Made by a program: the position numbers and the translations under genes
Assembly: GCA_963827165.1 (NCBI GenBank)
Contig: CAWGZR010000011.1
Location: 127,332 to 191,331, forward strand
Reading direction: 5' to 3'
DNA: 64,000 nucleotides
Source: Candidatus Bathyarchaeota archaeon
GTDB lineage: Archaea > Thermoproteota > Bathyarchaeia > Bathyarchaeales > Bathycorpusculaceae
In this document: one piece after another, positions 9,063-19,105 of the stretch
How the letters are laid out: the number at the start of each line of letters is the position of its first letter
Numbering within the stretch: the stretch's first letter is position 1
The notes under the pieces: generated by a model
Told to the model about the DNA's origin: nothing
Databases searched by the model: none
What the model saw: only the letters and a program-made list of their open reading frames with translations

Positions 9063-10091
9063 TTAAGTTCTGTTAGGCTCAAGAATGACTTTAAGTGATT
9101 GTCCTGCTTCAGCCATCAATCGAAACCCTTCCTGCGCCTCGCTCAAAGGAAGCATATGCGTGATCATGTCGTTAACATCCAGCCGCTTCGTCGCCAGAAT
9201 CCGCAGGGAATCCTCCAGGTCGTTTGGGGCGGCGCCGTAGCTGGTTTGCATCTTGATTTCGTTTCTCCAGAATTGGTTAATCGGCACGGGCAGCTTCACG
9301 GTTGGGTCGGGAACCGCGAAGAACAGGATGGTTCCACCATTGTCTATGCAGTCCATAGCTGACAGCGACGCGGATGTGGCTCCTGTGCAGACTATGACTT
9401 GGTCGGCTAAGTGCCCATCGTTTATTTCTTTGAGCCTAGCTGGTAGGTTGTCCTTGGCATTTAAGCCGTGGGTTGCGCCGAATTTTTTGGCAAGCCCCAG
9501 CCTGTATGGGTTAATGTCGGAGACAAAAATATTTTTTAAGCCTTTGAATTTGGCAAGTTGCGTGTGTAGAATTCCTGCGATGCCGCTGCCGATAATCAGA
9601 ACGGTGTCGTCTTTTTGCAAGTTCGCTAATCGTTGACCGCGGGAAACACATGCCAATGGCTCAATGAAAGTGCCCTCTTCAAAGGACATGTCGTCGGGGA
9701 GCTTGTAGATACCAAAGTCGATGTTGATTTTTGGAACCCGAATGTACTGCGAGAAGCCGCCAGGGTAATAATTCGTTGTGTGAAGTGTGTGGCATGCAGT
9801 ATGGTAGCCTTTCTTGCAATACCGGCACCTGTTGCAAGGGACATGGTGGGAAACGAAAACTCGATCGCCGACATTGAGGTTTTCAACTTTATCACCGACT
9901 TTGTCGATGATGCCCGTTGCTTCATGACCTAAAACAATCGGCGCCTTTGGCACACGATACCACTCGATGACGTCACTGCCACAGATACCGCTTGCCATAA
10001 CCTTAAGCAATGCCTCATCCTCTCCGATTTCAGGAACGGGCACATCTTGGATACGGACGTCGTGGTTGTTGTAGTAGACGGCGGTTTGCAC
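9063..10091 (-). CDS. Zn-dependent (polyol/sugar) alcohol dehydrogenase
   Basis: GICGSD, LGHE, CxxCxxC...C, IIGSGIAG. Confidence 0.92.
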   Translation of the reverse strand: MQTAVYYNNHDVRIQDVPVPEIGEDEALLKVMASGICGSDVIEWYRVPKAPIVLGHEATGIIDKVGDKVENLNVGDRVFVSHHVPCNRCRYCKKGYHTACHTLHTTNYYPGGFSQYIRVPKINIDFGIYKLPDDMSFEEGTFIEPLACVSRGQRLANLQKDDTVLIIGSGIAGILHTQLAKFKGLKNIFVSDINPYRLGLAKKFGATHGLNAKDNLPARLKEINDGHLADQVIVCTGATSASLSAMDCIDNGGTILFFAVPDPTVKLPVPINQFWRNEIKMQTSYGAAPNDLEDSLRILATKRLDVNDMITHMLPLSEAQEGFRLMAEAGQSLKVILEPNRT

Positions 10092-10123
10092 GCGATTTCA
10101 CCGAGAAAAAGGAAATTAGCTGG

Positions 10124-10918
10124 TTAAGCTTTGCCAGCTTTTACCTGTTCAAAGAGGTCATTTGCTTCTTGCGAAGTGTAACTGTCGTGGACGATAGCTC
10201 TGATGGCTCTAATTGCCGCCACTGGGCTTTCAGTTTGCCAGACGTTTCGGCCTAAGTTAACGCCGATGGCTCCTGCTTGCATGCCGTCATAAACGAAGTC
10301 GAACACTTGCTTTTGAGTTTCTGTCTTTGGTCCACCTGCAATCACGACGGGGACTGGGCATCCGTCAACGACTTTTCGGAAGTTATCGCAATAATAAGTC
10401 TTAACCACGCGTGCACCGATCTCGGCTGAAACACGGGCAACCAACGCCAAATATCGAGCTTCCCTCTTTTCCAGTTCTCTCCCAACAGAAGTTACAGCCA
10501 TCACTGGCACCCCGTATTCCTCGCAATCGTCAACGAGCTTAGCCAGATTGGTTAGGCTTTTGTTTTCGCATTTAGTTCCTACGAAAACTGACATGGAAAC
10601 CGCCATGGCGTTGAGGCGTAGGATTTCCTGGATGGATGTGACGACGCTTTCGTTGGCCAAGTCTTCGCCTGCCAATGTTACAGCGCCTGAAACCCGCATG
10701 ATAATTGGCTTCTCGATGGCTGGGTCTATGCAGTTTCTGAGGACTCCGCGCGTTAGCATAAGCGCGTCGGCGTACTCGTAGATTGGTTTGATTGTTTCGC
10801 CGGGCTTCTCAAGACAATGGATTGGTCCTTGGAAGTAGCCGTGGTCAACGGGTAAAAAGACTGCTTTTCCATCTTTTTGGATAAGACGGCTTAACCTGTT
10901 TTTCATACCCCACTCCAT
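10124..10918 (-). CDS. lsrF: LsrF-like thiolase (DhnA/class I aldolase family)
   Basis: MEWGMKNRLSRLI, PVDHGYFQGP, VVKTYYC, PVPVVIAGGPK, GVNLGRNVWQ. Confidence 0.88.
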   Translation of the reverse strand: MEWGMKNRLSRLIQKDGKAVFLPVDHGYFQGPIHCLEKPGETIKPIYEYADALMLTRGVLRNCIDPAIEKPIIMRVSGAVTLAGEDLANESVVTSIQEILRLNAMAVSMSVFVGTKCENKSLTNLAKLVDDCEEYGVPVMAVTSVGRELEKREARYLALVARVSAEIGARVVKTYYCDNFRKVVDGCPVPVVIAGGPKTETQKQVFDFVYDGMQAGAIGVNLGRNVWQTESPVAAIRAIRAIVHDSYTSQEANDLFEQVKAGKA

Positions 10919-11039
10919 AACGATTACTCCGAGTGGACTTCTTTGGCTTCAGGATTAAATAACCTTATCCTTCAATTATGCCAAATTTAATTTTGCCGCG
11001 AGCATTTGATTAATTCAAGTTTTCTTAAAACAAAGTGCG

Positions 11040-11372
11040 CTATTTTTTTGTCGGGGCTTGCGGGTCATAGGGCTTTAGTTTTCCATTTTCGTCTGTTATG
11101 AACAATTGAAAGTCATATTCTCTGCAGTAGTTCTTGAAATCTCTCCACTGCACCTTGTCGCCTTCAAAATCTTTTTCACTTACAATTTGGCAAATACGTT
11201 TCAGACAACCTTTATGCGCCAAAACATCAGGTATGACGCCACCGACCTCGCTTGGTTTTTCCCAGCCTTCAGTGTTCGCTTTTACCAGCCAGTTCTCTTT
11301 TTTGAGGTCTTCAGCAATAGTTCTAACACAAGAATCATGTGAATTTAGTTCTTTAGATTTTTTCGTTTCCAC
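11040..11372 (-). CDS. Hypothetical protein (possible PD-(D/E)xK-like fold)
   Basis: 110-aa ORF with IPDVLAHK. Confidence 0.65.
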   Translation of the reverse strand: METKKSKELNSHDSCVRTIAEDLKKENWLVKANTEGWEKPSEVGGVIPDVLAHKGCLKRICQIVSEKDFEGDKVQWRDFKNYCREYDFQLFITDENGKLKPYDPQAPTKK

Positions 11373-11572
11373 AATAACACCCTGCTGATTGTTGTTTTAA
11401 GATTGTTTTCTAGAGATTTAAAGTTGAACCTTTGGGGCGCTCTTCTCCCAAGGTTATGATTTTGGTCCTTAATAATGAATCCTCCTCCTTGCCAAAGAAA
11501 CATGGCGCTCTGAGGTTTTAAGCGGATTTCGTAAACGAAATATTACTAAACAAAATACTAAATACTCCTTTT

Positions 11573-12142
11573 TTAGGCGTAATAGTTTGGGTTTTCAATC
11601 AGGTTTGCCATCGCGAACCTTTCCGCGAGGACGCTATCAACAAACGAACTATTTTGCTTCATCCTTCTTATTTCCCTGTTTGTTCCATGTTTTAGTCTCC
11701 GCGTGGAAATTTTGGTTTCTGGTCTTGGAAACCCGCATGACTGCATTTTCAAGGGGTCAACATGGGTTCTTATTGAGACGTTTTTGTACCAATTTTCTGC
11801 TGCATTCTTCGGCTTCGCCTTTTGCCATGCGATTTTTTCATGCTTTATTTCCTCTTCGAACTCTGGGAAAGCAGGCGAGTTTTCGTCAAGGATGTGCCCG
11901 AGTTCATGCCTCACTATGAGTTTGGTTGTGTTTGTAAGTTTGCCAGCGTTTATGTCTCGTTTGACAGCTATTTTGACATATTTTTCTGTTGCTTCTGAAA
12001 TGCCTCCCGAATCGTAAGCATCGACGGCTAATAAGTCAAGTCCCTTCAGTTTCTTGAGCGTTTGTTCGCCGTACTGCGTTTTCAAAAAGTTTTCTGCATA
12101 TTCCCTTATCTGTGCCCCGATACATTTCGTAGTCGTTTCCAA
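11573..12142 (-). CDS. Hypothetical protein with HExxH motif
   Basis: VRHELGHIL...EKIAW; SD-like GGAG upstream. Confidence 0.7.
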   Translation of the reverse strand: METTTKCIGAQIREYAENFLKTQYGEQTLKKLKGLDLLAVDAYDSGGISEATEKYVKIAVKRDINAGKLTNTTKLIVRHELGHILDENSPAFPEFEEEIKHEKIAWQKAKPKNAAENWYKNVSIRTHVDPLKMQSCGFPRPETKISTRRLKHGTNREIRRMKQNSSFVDSVLAERFAMANLIENPNYYA

Positions 12143-12308
12143 TGTGCCTTCTCCTTCCTCAAGTCACATGAAAGGAGAAATGGTTTAATGGCGCTTGTTC
12201 TAACCTTAGGAATATTCTGGATTTCGAAATATCCCCTTAAAACCAACGCTTGGAGGCAGCCGGTTGTTCACGCCCTTTGGTTGCCCATTTACCGGCTGTT
12301 TTGCAGAT

Positions 12309-12668
12309 TTACTTGTTTTCTTCTGACTTGTATTTAGCCATGGCAGCCTGGATCAGTTGGTTTCGGTCTTTGAACTTCCCCGCTTTGACTTGCTTATCCG
12401 CCCAGTCGAGGAACGCCTTGTCCAAGTTAACCAGAACCGTCTGTTCGCAGTCTTTCAGTTCTTTGCTGATTAGTATCAAGTAGCCTTTTTCGATGAGCCA
12501 GTGGTGAAACTGCCAGGTAGTGCAAAGACATGCGTTGTTGCACTTCTTCCTTGTCTCTTCGTATTCAGGTGAACCTTCCGAAAGTCCGTCGAGTTTCACC
12601 TGAACGGGGCATTTTACTTCTTTGCAGAATTCTCTTCGCTTATACTCAGCGAACCCTTCGACAGCCAT
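12309..12668 (-). CDS. Cys/His-rich domain fused to a ribbon-helix-helix-like C-terminus
   Basis: FCKEVKCPVQ...CNNACLC..WQFHHWL followed by VLVNLDK...GKFKDRNQLIQAA. Confidence 0.7.
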   Translation of the reverse strand: MAVEGFAEYKRREFCKEVKCPVQVKLDGLSEGSPEYEETRKKCNNACLCTTWQFHHWLIEKGYLILISKELKDCEQTVLVNLDKAFLDWADKQVKAGKFKDRNQLIQAAMAKYKSEENK

Positions 12669-12772
12669 CTTACATCGCGCCTAACTTTGCATTTAAAACT
12701 AAATAAGTGTTGTTTTGATCATTGGAAAAATTTGGGATGCACTTTTAAGGCAGTTTTTTGATTTGTTGATGT

Positions 12773-13411
12773 ATGCCCCTGCTCTATCTCTTAGGTGGAG
12801 AAAACGTTGTTAAGCGAAGTGCATCTGAAATTAACGAGCAGGCGCTCCAAGACGCAAAGGCGCCCCGTTCCGTCGCGGTTCTTCCTTGGGCGCGAGCGTC
12901 GTTTGACCGAAAATACGAGAAAAGAAAAATCTTCACCGACTACTTCATCAGCCTCGGTGCTGGCGCCGTAGATTTTGTGGAATACTCCGATGCAACCGAA
13001 TCAATTGCAGAAAAAATTTCTTCGTCAAACCTGATTTATTTGACCGGTGGCTACGTCAACGCTTTAGTTGAACGCCTTAGAAAAAGGCATGTAGACGATC
13101 TGCTTCGCATATACAGTGGAGTCATTGTGGGCAGAAGCGCAGGCGCATTGGCTCTTTGCAAAAAATGTGTCATAACTTGCCGTAGCAACCAAAAAATCCG
13201 TTTAGTCGAGGGTCTAGGTTTAGCCGATTTAACCCTTAAGGCTCACTACAAACCTCAAAAAGACGCTGCGCTTCTGGTTCTTTCGAAAGGCGAGAAAATC
13301 TATGCGGTTCCCTCCCGTTCTGCAATCGTTTACGACACGGGTGTGTGCTCACTCATGGGAGAAGCTTACCTGTTTGAGGACGGCAAAAAGAAATCTGTAA
13401 CAACTTTCTGA
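12773..13411 (+). CDS. Peptidase S51 (dipeptidase E-like)
   Basis: IYLTGG, GRSAGA nucleophile motif, GLGL...AHY. Confidence 0.85.
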   Translation: MPLLYLLGGENVVKRSASEINEQALQDAKAPRSVAVLPWARASFDRKYEKRKIFTDYFISLGAGAVDFVEYSDATESIAEKISSSNLIYLTGGYVNALVERLRKRHVDDLLRIYSGVIVGRSAGALALCKKCVITCRSNQKIRLVEGLGLADLTLKAHYKPQKDAALLVLSKGEKIYAVPSRSAIVYDTGVCSLMGEAYLFEDGKKKSVTTF

Positions 13412-13434
13412 ATTATTTTTGAAGCCTAGACGAT

Positions 13435-13656
13435 TTATCTGTGGTACTTTGTTGCCCAGACAACTCCTGTTAAAACAAGAAATAGAAGAGCTACTCCGAA
13501 AACTGCGAGGGGAATCTTGAAAGCCAGTTCATTGTGCAGAACCGTTGTGGTAGGCAACCCGCCTAGGTAAGCTGCCAAGAAAACAACTACGAAAACTGCG
13601 CCTGCTCCCTCGAAAGAATACAATAATGCGGTTAATTTTTTGTCAGGTGAGGTCAT
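13435..13656 (-). CDS. Small 2-TM membrane protein
   Basis: Two hydrophobic segments. Confidence 0.65.
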   Translation of the reverse strand: MTSPDKKLTALLYSFEGAGAVFVVVFLAAYLGGLPTTTVLHNELAFKIPLAVFGVALLFLVLTGVVWATKYHR

Positions 13657-13794
13657 GCCGGGCTCCTTCTTTGGCTCGATTAATGATTAAGTTCAGTTTG
13701 TATTTAACGTTACCTCATTCCTTTCCAGCAGCAACGCCGAACCGCAAATGTAATATAGTTTAAGACACGATTTTTGATACGTCGCGGTAAAGTT

Positions 13795-14745
13795 ATGGGT
13801 ACAGAAAAATTCTATTCGCCTCTCAAAATTGGGCTATTCTTGGTAGTCTTATCATATTTCTTGTTTGCGCTGCATGACACTTTTACGCTGTCATGGTTCG
13901 GCGAATGGAACCGCATATATCCAGGGCATTTCCTCTTCGAAGTTTTCGCTGAAGACCTCATTGGCTTCGTCGGGACAATTTCAAGATTCATAGCTGGAAT
14001 CGTGGCGTTCACCGTAATCATCTATTACTTCGCCAAAAAAGATATCCTAAAACCCGCGGCGTTCAATGCTGTCAGGTTGATTCTGATTCTTGAGGGAATC
14101 TACTGGGCGCTGGCGTTTCTCCCAACAGCATACTTTGCAGTCAAAGACACGTTTTTTACAAATATGTACAGCCATTATTCCTTATCGGCATTTCTGAACT
14201 TATTTGCAACAGGTACATTGCCCGTGCTAGTTGAATCCATAGCTACTCCTATCATGCTTTTTGTTTTTGTTTACAAACTGAACCCCGGCAAACCCTTGAA
14301 GGCAGCGTTGAGGTGGGGCATGATCACTGGTACATTTTACGTTTTCCTGTTTTGGCTGCTTAACACGACCATCTGGGTTTCAGTGATAGGCGAGAAAGGA
14401 AAAGGATGGGGATTCCTAACCTCTAACCCGCAGTACCTTCTAAGTTTCGTTTTGACAGCGTTTGGACTGCTGCTTTTGGGATTTTACGCAGCGGGCTTCA
14501 CTTTAAAATCGAGAAGAATAGAAACTATGCAAGAGTTGAACCTCAAAAAAGTCGGCGTCATAGTTTTGGCTCTCGGCCTGTATTTCCTGTGGAATTATTT
14601 AACGTGGATTTTCTTCGGAGGCTGGAACGATTGGTACGCCTGGTTCCTCGGACACAACGAAGACCTCTGGGCACTGTCGCTTCCTCTGCTCGGGCTGCCA
14701 CTGATGTTTTCCCGCAAGCCTCAGGAAAAAGACGGTTCCACATAG
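13795..14745 (+). CDS. Multi-pass membrane protein
   Basis: About 8-9 hydrophobic segments. Confidence 0.8.
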   Translation: MGTEKFYSPLKIGLFLVVLSYFLFALHDTFTLSWFGEWNRIYPGHFLFEVFAEDLIGFVGTISRFIAGIVAFTVIIYYFAKKDILKPAAFNAVRLILILEGIYWALAFLPTAYFAVKDTFFTNMYSHYSLSAFLNLFATGTLPVLVESIATPIMLFVFVYKLNPGKPLKAALRWGMITGTFYVFLFWLLNTTIWVSVIGEKGKGWGFLTSNPQYLLSFVLTAFGLLLLGFYAAGFTLKSRRIETMQELNLKKVGVIVLALGLYFLWNYLTWIFFGGWNDWYAWFLGHNEDLWALSLPLLGLPLMFSRKPQEKDGST

Positions 14746-14875
14746 ATTTCTTGGTTTTGGATTCCCGTTCCACAAGCCAAAGTTCGCATCTCTGAACGGA
14801 ACTTTGCGAAGGTGGAACTGCTGAGATTATGGTAACTTTTTTTAAACAGTTTCGCGGAATACAGTTTGATTTGCT

Positions 14876-15574
14876 ATGCGTAGATTTGCTTTTCTCGTAG
14901 TTGCTATAGCTTTGTTGGCGGTTAGCCCGCTACTGGGTGCAGTTTGCGCTCAGAGCAGTGTGGTGGGTGTTAAGGCAGGCGACTGGATACGCTACGACGT
15001 TGCCGAAACAGGCAATCCGATATCCGAGTACAATATTACCTGGGCGACAATGAACATCACAGCCGTCAACGGCAAAGTCATAACCGTAAACGTTCTAACC
15101 CAATACGGCAACGGAACCCTCCTTGCAGAACCCGGAATAAACCTCAACGTTGCAACTGGTGCAATCGGAGACGGCTTCTTCGTCCCGACAAACCTCAAAG
15201 CAGGCGACCGATACTCCACAGAATACGAAGGCATAATAAACATAACCAGCGTCGAGCAAACTCAAGCCGGTGGCGCGACACGGTCCGTGCTCGTCGGCGT
15301 GACTAGTCAAAGCATCTACAACTGGGATAAACAAACCGGCATCATGGTTTCCGCGACCTCAAACCTGCCAGGTTGCGTGATGCACACTACGACAAGCTCG
15401 ACCAACCTTTGGGCACCACAGAACCAAGCATCCAAAATTCTAGGCTTAAACCAAACCCTGTTCTACGCGCTTGTAATTACGATAGTCGGGGTTGTGGCGG
15501 TTTCGGCGGGCGCTGTTTTGCGGATTGTTCAAAGCAGGAAAAGGCTTCTGCTGTTTCCGCTTCATGAAAGGTGA
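14876..15574 (+). CDS. Secreted membrane-anchored protein (VGVKAGDW-type)
   Basis: Signal peptide, VGVKAGDWIRY, WDKQTGIMV, C-terminal TM. Confidence 0.8.
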   Translation: MRRFAFLVVAIALLAVSPLLGAVCAQSSVVGVKAGDWIRYDVAETGNPISEYNITWATMNITAVNGKVITVNVLTQYGNGTLLAEPGINLNVATGAIGDGFFVPTNLKAGDRYSTEYEGIINITSVEQTQAGGATRSVLVGVTSQSIYNWDKQTGIMVSATSNLPGCVMHTTTSSTNLWAPQNQASKILGLNQTLFYALVITIVGVVAVSAGAVLRIVQSRKRLLLFPLHER

Positions 15575-15678
15575 CTTCAAACTCTAAGGTAAGGCAAGAA
15601 GCTTGAGGTAAATGATAAGTATCTCTTGCTAACAATGCAATAAAAAAGTGACAATAAAGGTGCTTGGAAGGGAACTTA

Positions 15679-16089
15679 ATGAGAAGTGCAAATAGAATTC
15701 TCTTGCTTAGAATAAGCTTCTGGCTAGGCGTAGTCATTGACGGCTTTGTCGCAGTGCAACTATTACTGCCCAACTTCTGGGCTTCCTTCGACGGTTTGAA
15801 GCCATATGCGCCATCGACTACCCTCAATTTCGGCTTAGGCATCGCCAGCGCGTTAATGTTTGGCTGGACTTTTTTGTTGATTTGGGCTGACAGAAAACCG
15901 CTTGAAAGAAAGGGCGTCCTGCTGTTAACGGTGGTTCCAGTGATTTTGGGTCTTGCTATGAATAACGTGTTCGCTGCCACGTCGGGATTGCGATCGCTTC
16001 AAACAGTGCTTCCCGAACTTGCACTCCAAACGGGACTCGCTGCCCTATTCACCTTCAGCTACATCAACGCCCGACAAGCAACTAAATGA
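15679..16089 (+). CDS. 4-TM membrane protein
   Basis: ASALMFGWTFLLIWADRKPLERKGVLLLT. Confidence 0.8.
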   Translation: MRSANRILLLRISFWLGVVIDGFVAVQLLLPNFWASFDGLKPYAPSTTLNFGLGIASALMFGWTFLLIWADRKPLERKGVLLLTVVPVILGLAMNNVFAATSGLRSLQTVLPELALQTGLAALFTFSYINARQATK

Positions 16090-16257
16090 TTCGTTGGAAG
16101 ACTGTTTATTACAGGACAGAAGTTTAGGTTCAATTCAGTTTTTGAACCTCAATTATTGCGGCCTCAGGATTAGAGTCTTCGAAAAACTATCTTAGTAGTT
16201 TTTGACTAATCCCAAAGCTTATAGGTATCTTGCTTAATAGCCCAAAGTAGAGAAAAC

Positions 16258-17613
16258 TTGTTGAAACATAAAGCGAGAATCCTTCGGGTCTCCATCTTAA
16301 GCTTTGTTTGTACACTGCTTTTCTTGCTTGCTGCTGGCTGCTTCCAGGGCGCGACAGCGACCGCGTCCAATCAGCCCATGGCCTCAGAGAGCGGATCCGT
16401 CATCATAGCCAACTTCAACTTTCCCGTCGACCCCGGGTCATCCACTTTTATGGCGCGTGTTGTCTCAACCGCTCAGGGCGACCATGCAGCTGCCATAGTC
16501 ATCGAAATGAATACGCCCGGCGGGCTCGTCAGTGATATGCAATCGATTGTTAACTCCATAAAAGCTGCGAATTCAACCGATATTCCAACTTACACTTTTA
16601 TCGTGCCAGATGGTTTTGGTGCTTCCGCGGGCAGCTACATAGCTATGGCGTCAAACAGGATTCTTATGGCTCCAGGATCGGCTATTGGTCCCAGCACACC
16701 CATCGTGGTGGGCGGAACAGCGCTGGAGCAGAATCACACCCAAGCCTTTTTCCTCAGTTACATGCAAGCCTTGGCGTCGGAGTGGGGACGCAACACCACC
16801 GCCGTTTACTACATGGTTCAATCTGACGAGGCATTTTCAGCGACTCAAGCGATCCAATATCACGTAGCCGACGGCTCAGCAAACTCGTTGTCCAACGCGA
16901 TTAATCAGCTTGGTTTATCTGGGAACTCGCAAACTACGCTTGGCGAAAACTTTTATGAGCAGCTACTCAGCGCGCTAAGCAATACACTTCTTGACGGCAT
17001 CCTATTCCTTATTGGGATTATTGCGATCGTAATTGACTTTTTCCATCCAACCATCATACTGACTATTCTTGGCATCATCGCGATAGTGGCGAGTCTAGTG
17101 GGAGCTGAAGTTGTTGGCGCGTCGTTTTTAGGGATCATAATATTAATCGTGGCGGCAGCACTGATTGTTTTGGAGTTGAAGCTTGGGCACGGCTTTGCAC
17201 TTATCGCAGGCGTCGTTCTCGGTGCCATCGGAATATACTTCCTGTCCTTTAACCTTCAGTATTCACCCTCACCGATCGGCGACTTGACAATCCTTTGGCT
17301 TAGCTTACTTGTTGCATTTGGGGTACTCGCAGGTCTTTACATCAGGTGGGTGATTGGTCCGATTAGGCGGCGTTCCAAACTAACAGGTGCCGAAGCCTTA
17401 ATAGGTAAAACAGGCATAGTCGTCAACGACCTCAATCCCAAAGGCGAAGTCAGGGTTGAAGGAGTAATCTGGCGGGCCGAATCATTGTCAGGTGACATCG
17501 TTAAAGGGGAGCGGGTCACCGTTAAAGCAATGAAAGGACTCACCTTAACAGTTGAGAAAGCTCAAGAACCCGAGAGCCAAACTCCGGCAAATGCGGAAAC
17601 GGATAAAAAATAG
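16258..17613 (+). CDS. nfeD: NfeD family membrane-bound ClpP-class serine protease (long form)
   Basis: MNTPGG, GASAGSYI, MAPGSAIG, TM region, TGAEALIG...GEVRVEGVIWRA OB-fold. Confidence 0.92.
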   Translation: MLKHKARILRVSILSFVCTLLFLLAAGCFQGATATASNQPMASESGSVIIANFNFPVDPGSSTFMARVVSTAQGDHAAAIVIEMNTPGGLVSDMQSIVNSIKAANSTDIPTYTFIVPDGFGASAGSYIAMASNRILMAPGSAIGPSTPIVVGGTALEQNHTQAFFLSYMQALASEWGRNTTAVYYMVQSDEAFSATQAIQYHVADGSANSLSNAINQLGLSGNSQTTLGENFYEQLLSALSNTLLDGILFLIGIIAIVIDFFHPTIILTILGIIAIVASLVGAEVVGASFLGIIILIVAAALIVLELKLGHGFALIAGVVLGAIGIYFLSFNLQYSPSPIGDLTILWLSLLVAFGVLAGLYIRWVIGPIRRRSKLTGAEALIGKTGIVVNDLNPKGEVRVEGVIWRAESLSGDIVKGERVTVKAMKGLTLTVEKAQEPESQTPANAETDKK

Positions 17614-17742
17614 CTTTCTAAACATTATTCCCTCACCGAATTCAAATAGATTTTTGGAATTCTCAAGAAAATCTTTTTCGCCAAGTTATTCCTCAAATTT
17701 CGGATAGCCTAATATACTCTACCCTCAGGTATAATTTTTTTA

Positions 17743-19026
17743 TTGATGCAGATGAAAAAGCATGTTTGGCTGCTGATTGCCCTTGTAACTATAATTCTAG
17801 TTCTCTCATGCTTTACGTCGGCAAACTCAAATGTAACATCAGGTTTCAGCAACGATGCCTGGAGCAGTTTTCTGCACGATGCAAGCCACGGTAGCACGGC
17901 AAACGGCGAAGGTTCCGAGAATTCTGCCACGCTATTGTGGAATGCAACAATGATGGATGAAGTTGTGTCTTCTCCGGCTGCAATTGACGGCAAAGTCTTC
18001 GTCGGCTGCAACGATGGCGCCGTTTACTGCCTTAACCCAACCAACGGTAAACTATTGTGGTTTTTTTACGAGAACAAAACTGAAATGATGTCTTCACCCG
18101 CCGTCAGCGATGGCTCAGTTTTCATCGGATCCAACAACGGCAACATTTATGCATTGAACGAGAGCAACGGGCACCAACTTTGGAATTATACGACCGGCGG
18201 CTGGGTTGGTTCCTCTCCGGCTGTTGTAGCCGGCGTGGTCTATGTTGGTTCACGCGACGGAAACCTCTACGCCCTGAACGCCGAAAGCGGGGCGAAGGTG
18301 TGGAGTTATCAAACAGGCAATGAGGTTGAATCGTCCCCTGCAGTTTCGGATGGCGTGGTTTATTTTGCATCTGACAATTTTTACGCTTATGCCCTCAATG
18401 CATCCACGGGGCAAATGCTTTGGCAAACTCACACTGGAACCACGATTTCCTCTCCCTGTGTTTCTGGCGGATATGTTTACGTGGGTTCGTATGACGGTTG
18501 GGTTTGCTGCTTGAACGCTTCGTCAGGGGCTCATGTTTGGAGTTATTTGACCCCTGACTCCGTGGTTTCTTCCCCCGCCGTAGCCCATGGCTGCGTCTTC
18601 ATCGGTTGCGAAGACAACAATGTTTATTGCTTTAACGCAACGTCGGGCGTTAAAATTTGGCAAAGCTCTACCGGATACTGGGTGACATCTTCTCCAGTGG
18701 TTTTAGGCGGCAACATTTACGTTGGCTCAGAAGACGACAACATCTACTGCTTAAACGCGAGCAATGGAGCCAAAGAATGGATTTACCAAACTGGAAACTA
18801 CGTGGAGTCATCCCCCGCAATCGTAAACAGCACCCTTTACGTAGGATCCGATGACTTCCACCTCTACGCATTTTCCCTAATCAACTCGAGCGTTGAAACC
18901 CTGCCGATGCAAACCACGAATTCCATGTTCGTAAGTACAATTGTCATTGACGTGGGCGCCGCTGCGGTAGTAGTCATTATCGTTTTGGCAGGCATCCTCT
19001 TCTTTCGTTCAACTAGACAAGTCTAG
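17743..19026 (+). CDS. PQQ-like (BamB-type) beta-propeller repeat protein with TM; probably N-terminal part of a fusion
   Basis: About 8 SSPAV..G.VYVGS.DG..YALNA..G...W repeats. Confidence 0.9.
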   Translation: MMQMKKHVWLLIALVTIILVLSCFTSANSNVTSGFSNDAWSSFLHDASHGSTANGEGSENSATLLWNATMMDEVVSSPAAIDGKVFVGCNDGAVYCLNPTNGKLLWFFYENKTEMMSSPAVSDGSVFIGSNNGNIYALNESNGHQLWNYTTGGWVGSSPAVVAGVVYVGSRDGNLYALNAESGAKVWSYQTGNEVESSPAVSDGVVYFASDNFYAYALNASTGQMLWQTHTGTTISSPCVSGGYVYVGSYDGWVCCLNASSGAHVWSYLTPDSVVSSPAVAHGCVFIGCEDNNVYCFNATSGVKIWQSSTGYWVTSSPVVLGGNIYVGSEDDNIYCLNASNGAKEWIYQTGNYVESSPAIVNSTLYVGSDDFHLYAFSLINSSVETLPMQTTNSMFVSTIVIDVGAAAVVVIIVLAGILFFRSTRQV

Positions 19027-19105
19027 GCGAGAAGAAAAAATATCAAATGTTTCTGGAGAAAATTCATCTTGGCTGTCAAGGCACATTGACGCAGTTTGTG
19101 TCCTG

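Noticed and set aside
19024-19026. TAG read-through (pyrrolysine) joining the propeller and glycosyltransferase
   Set aside because: The downstream domain is in a different frame, so a frameshift rather than read-through is needed
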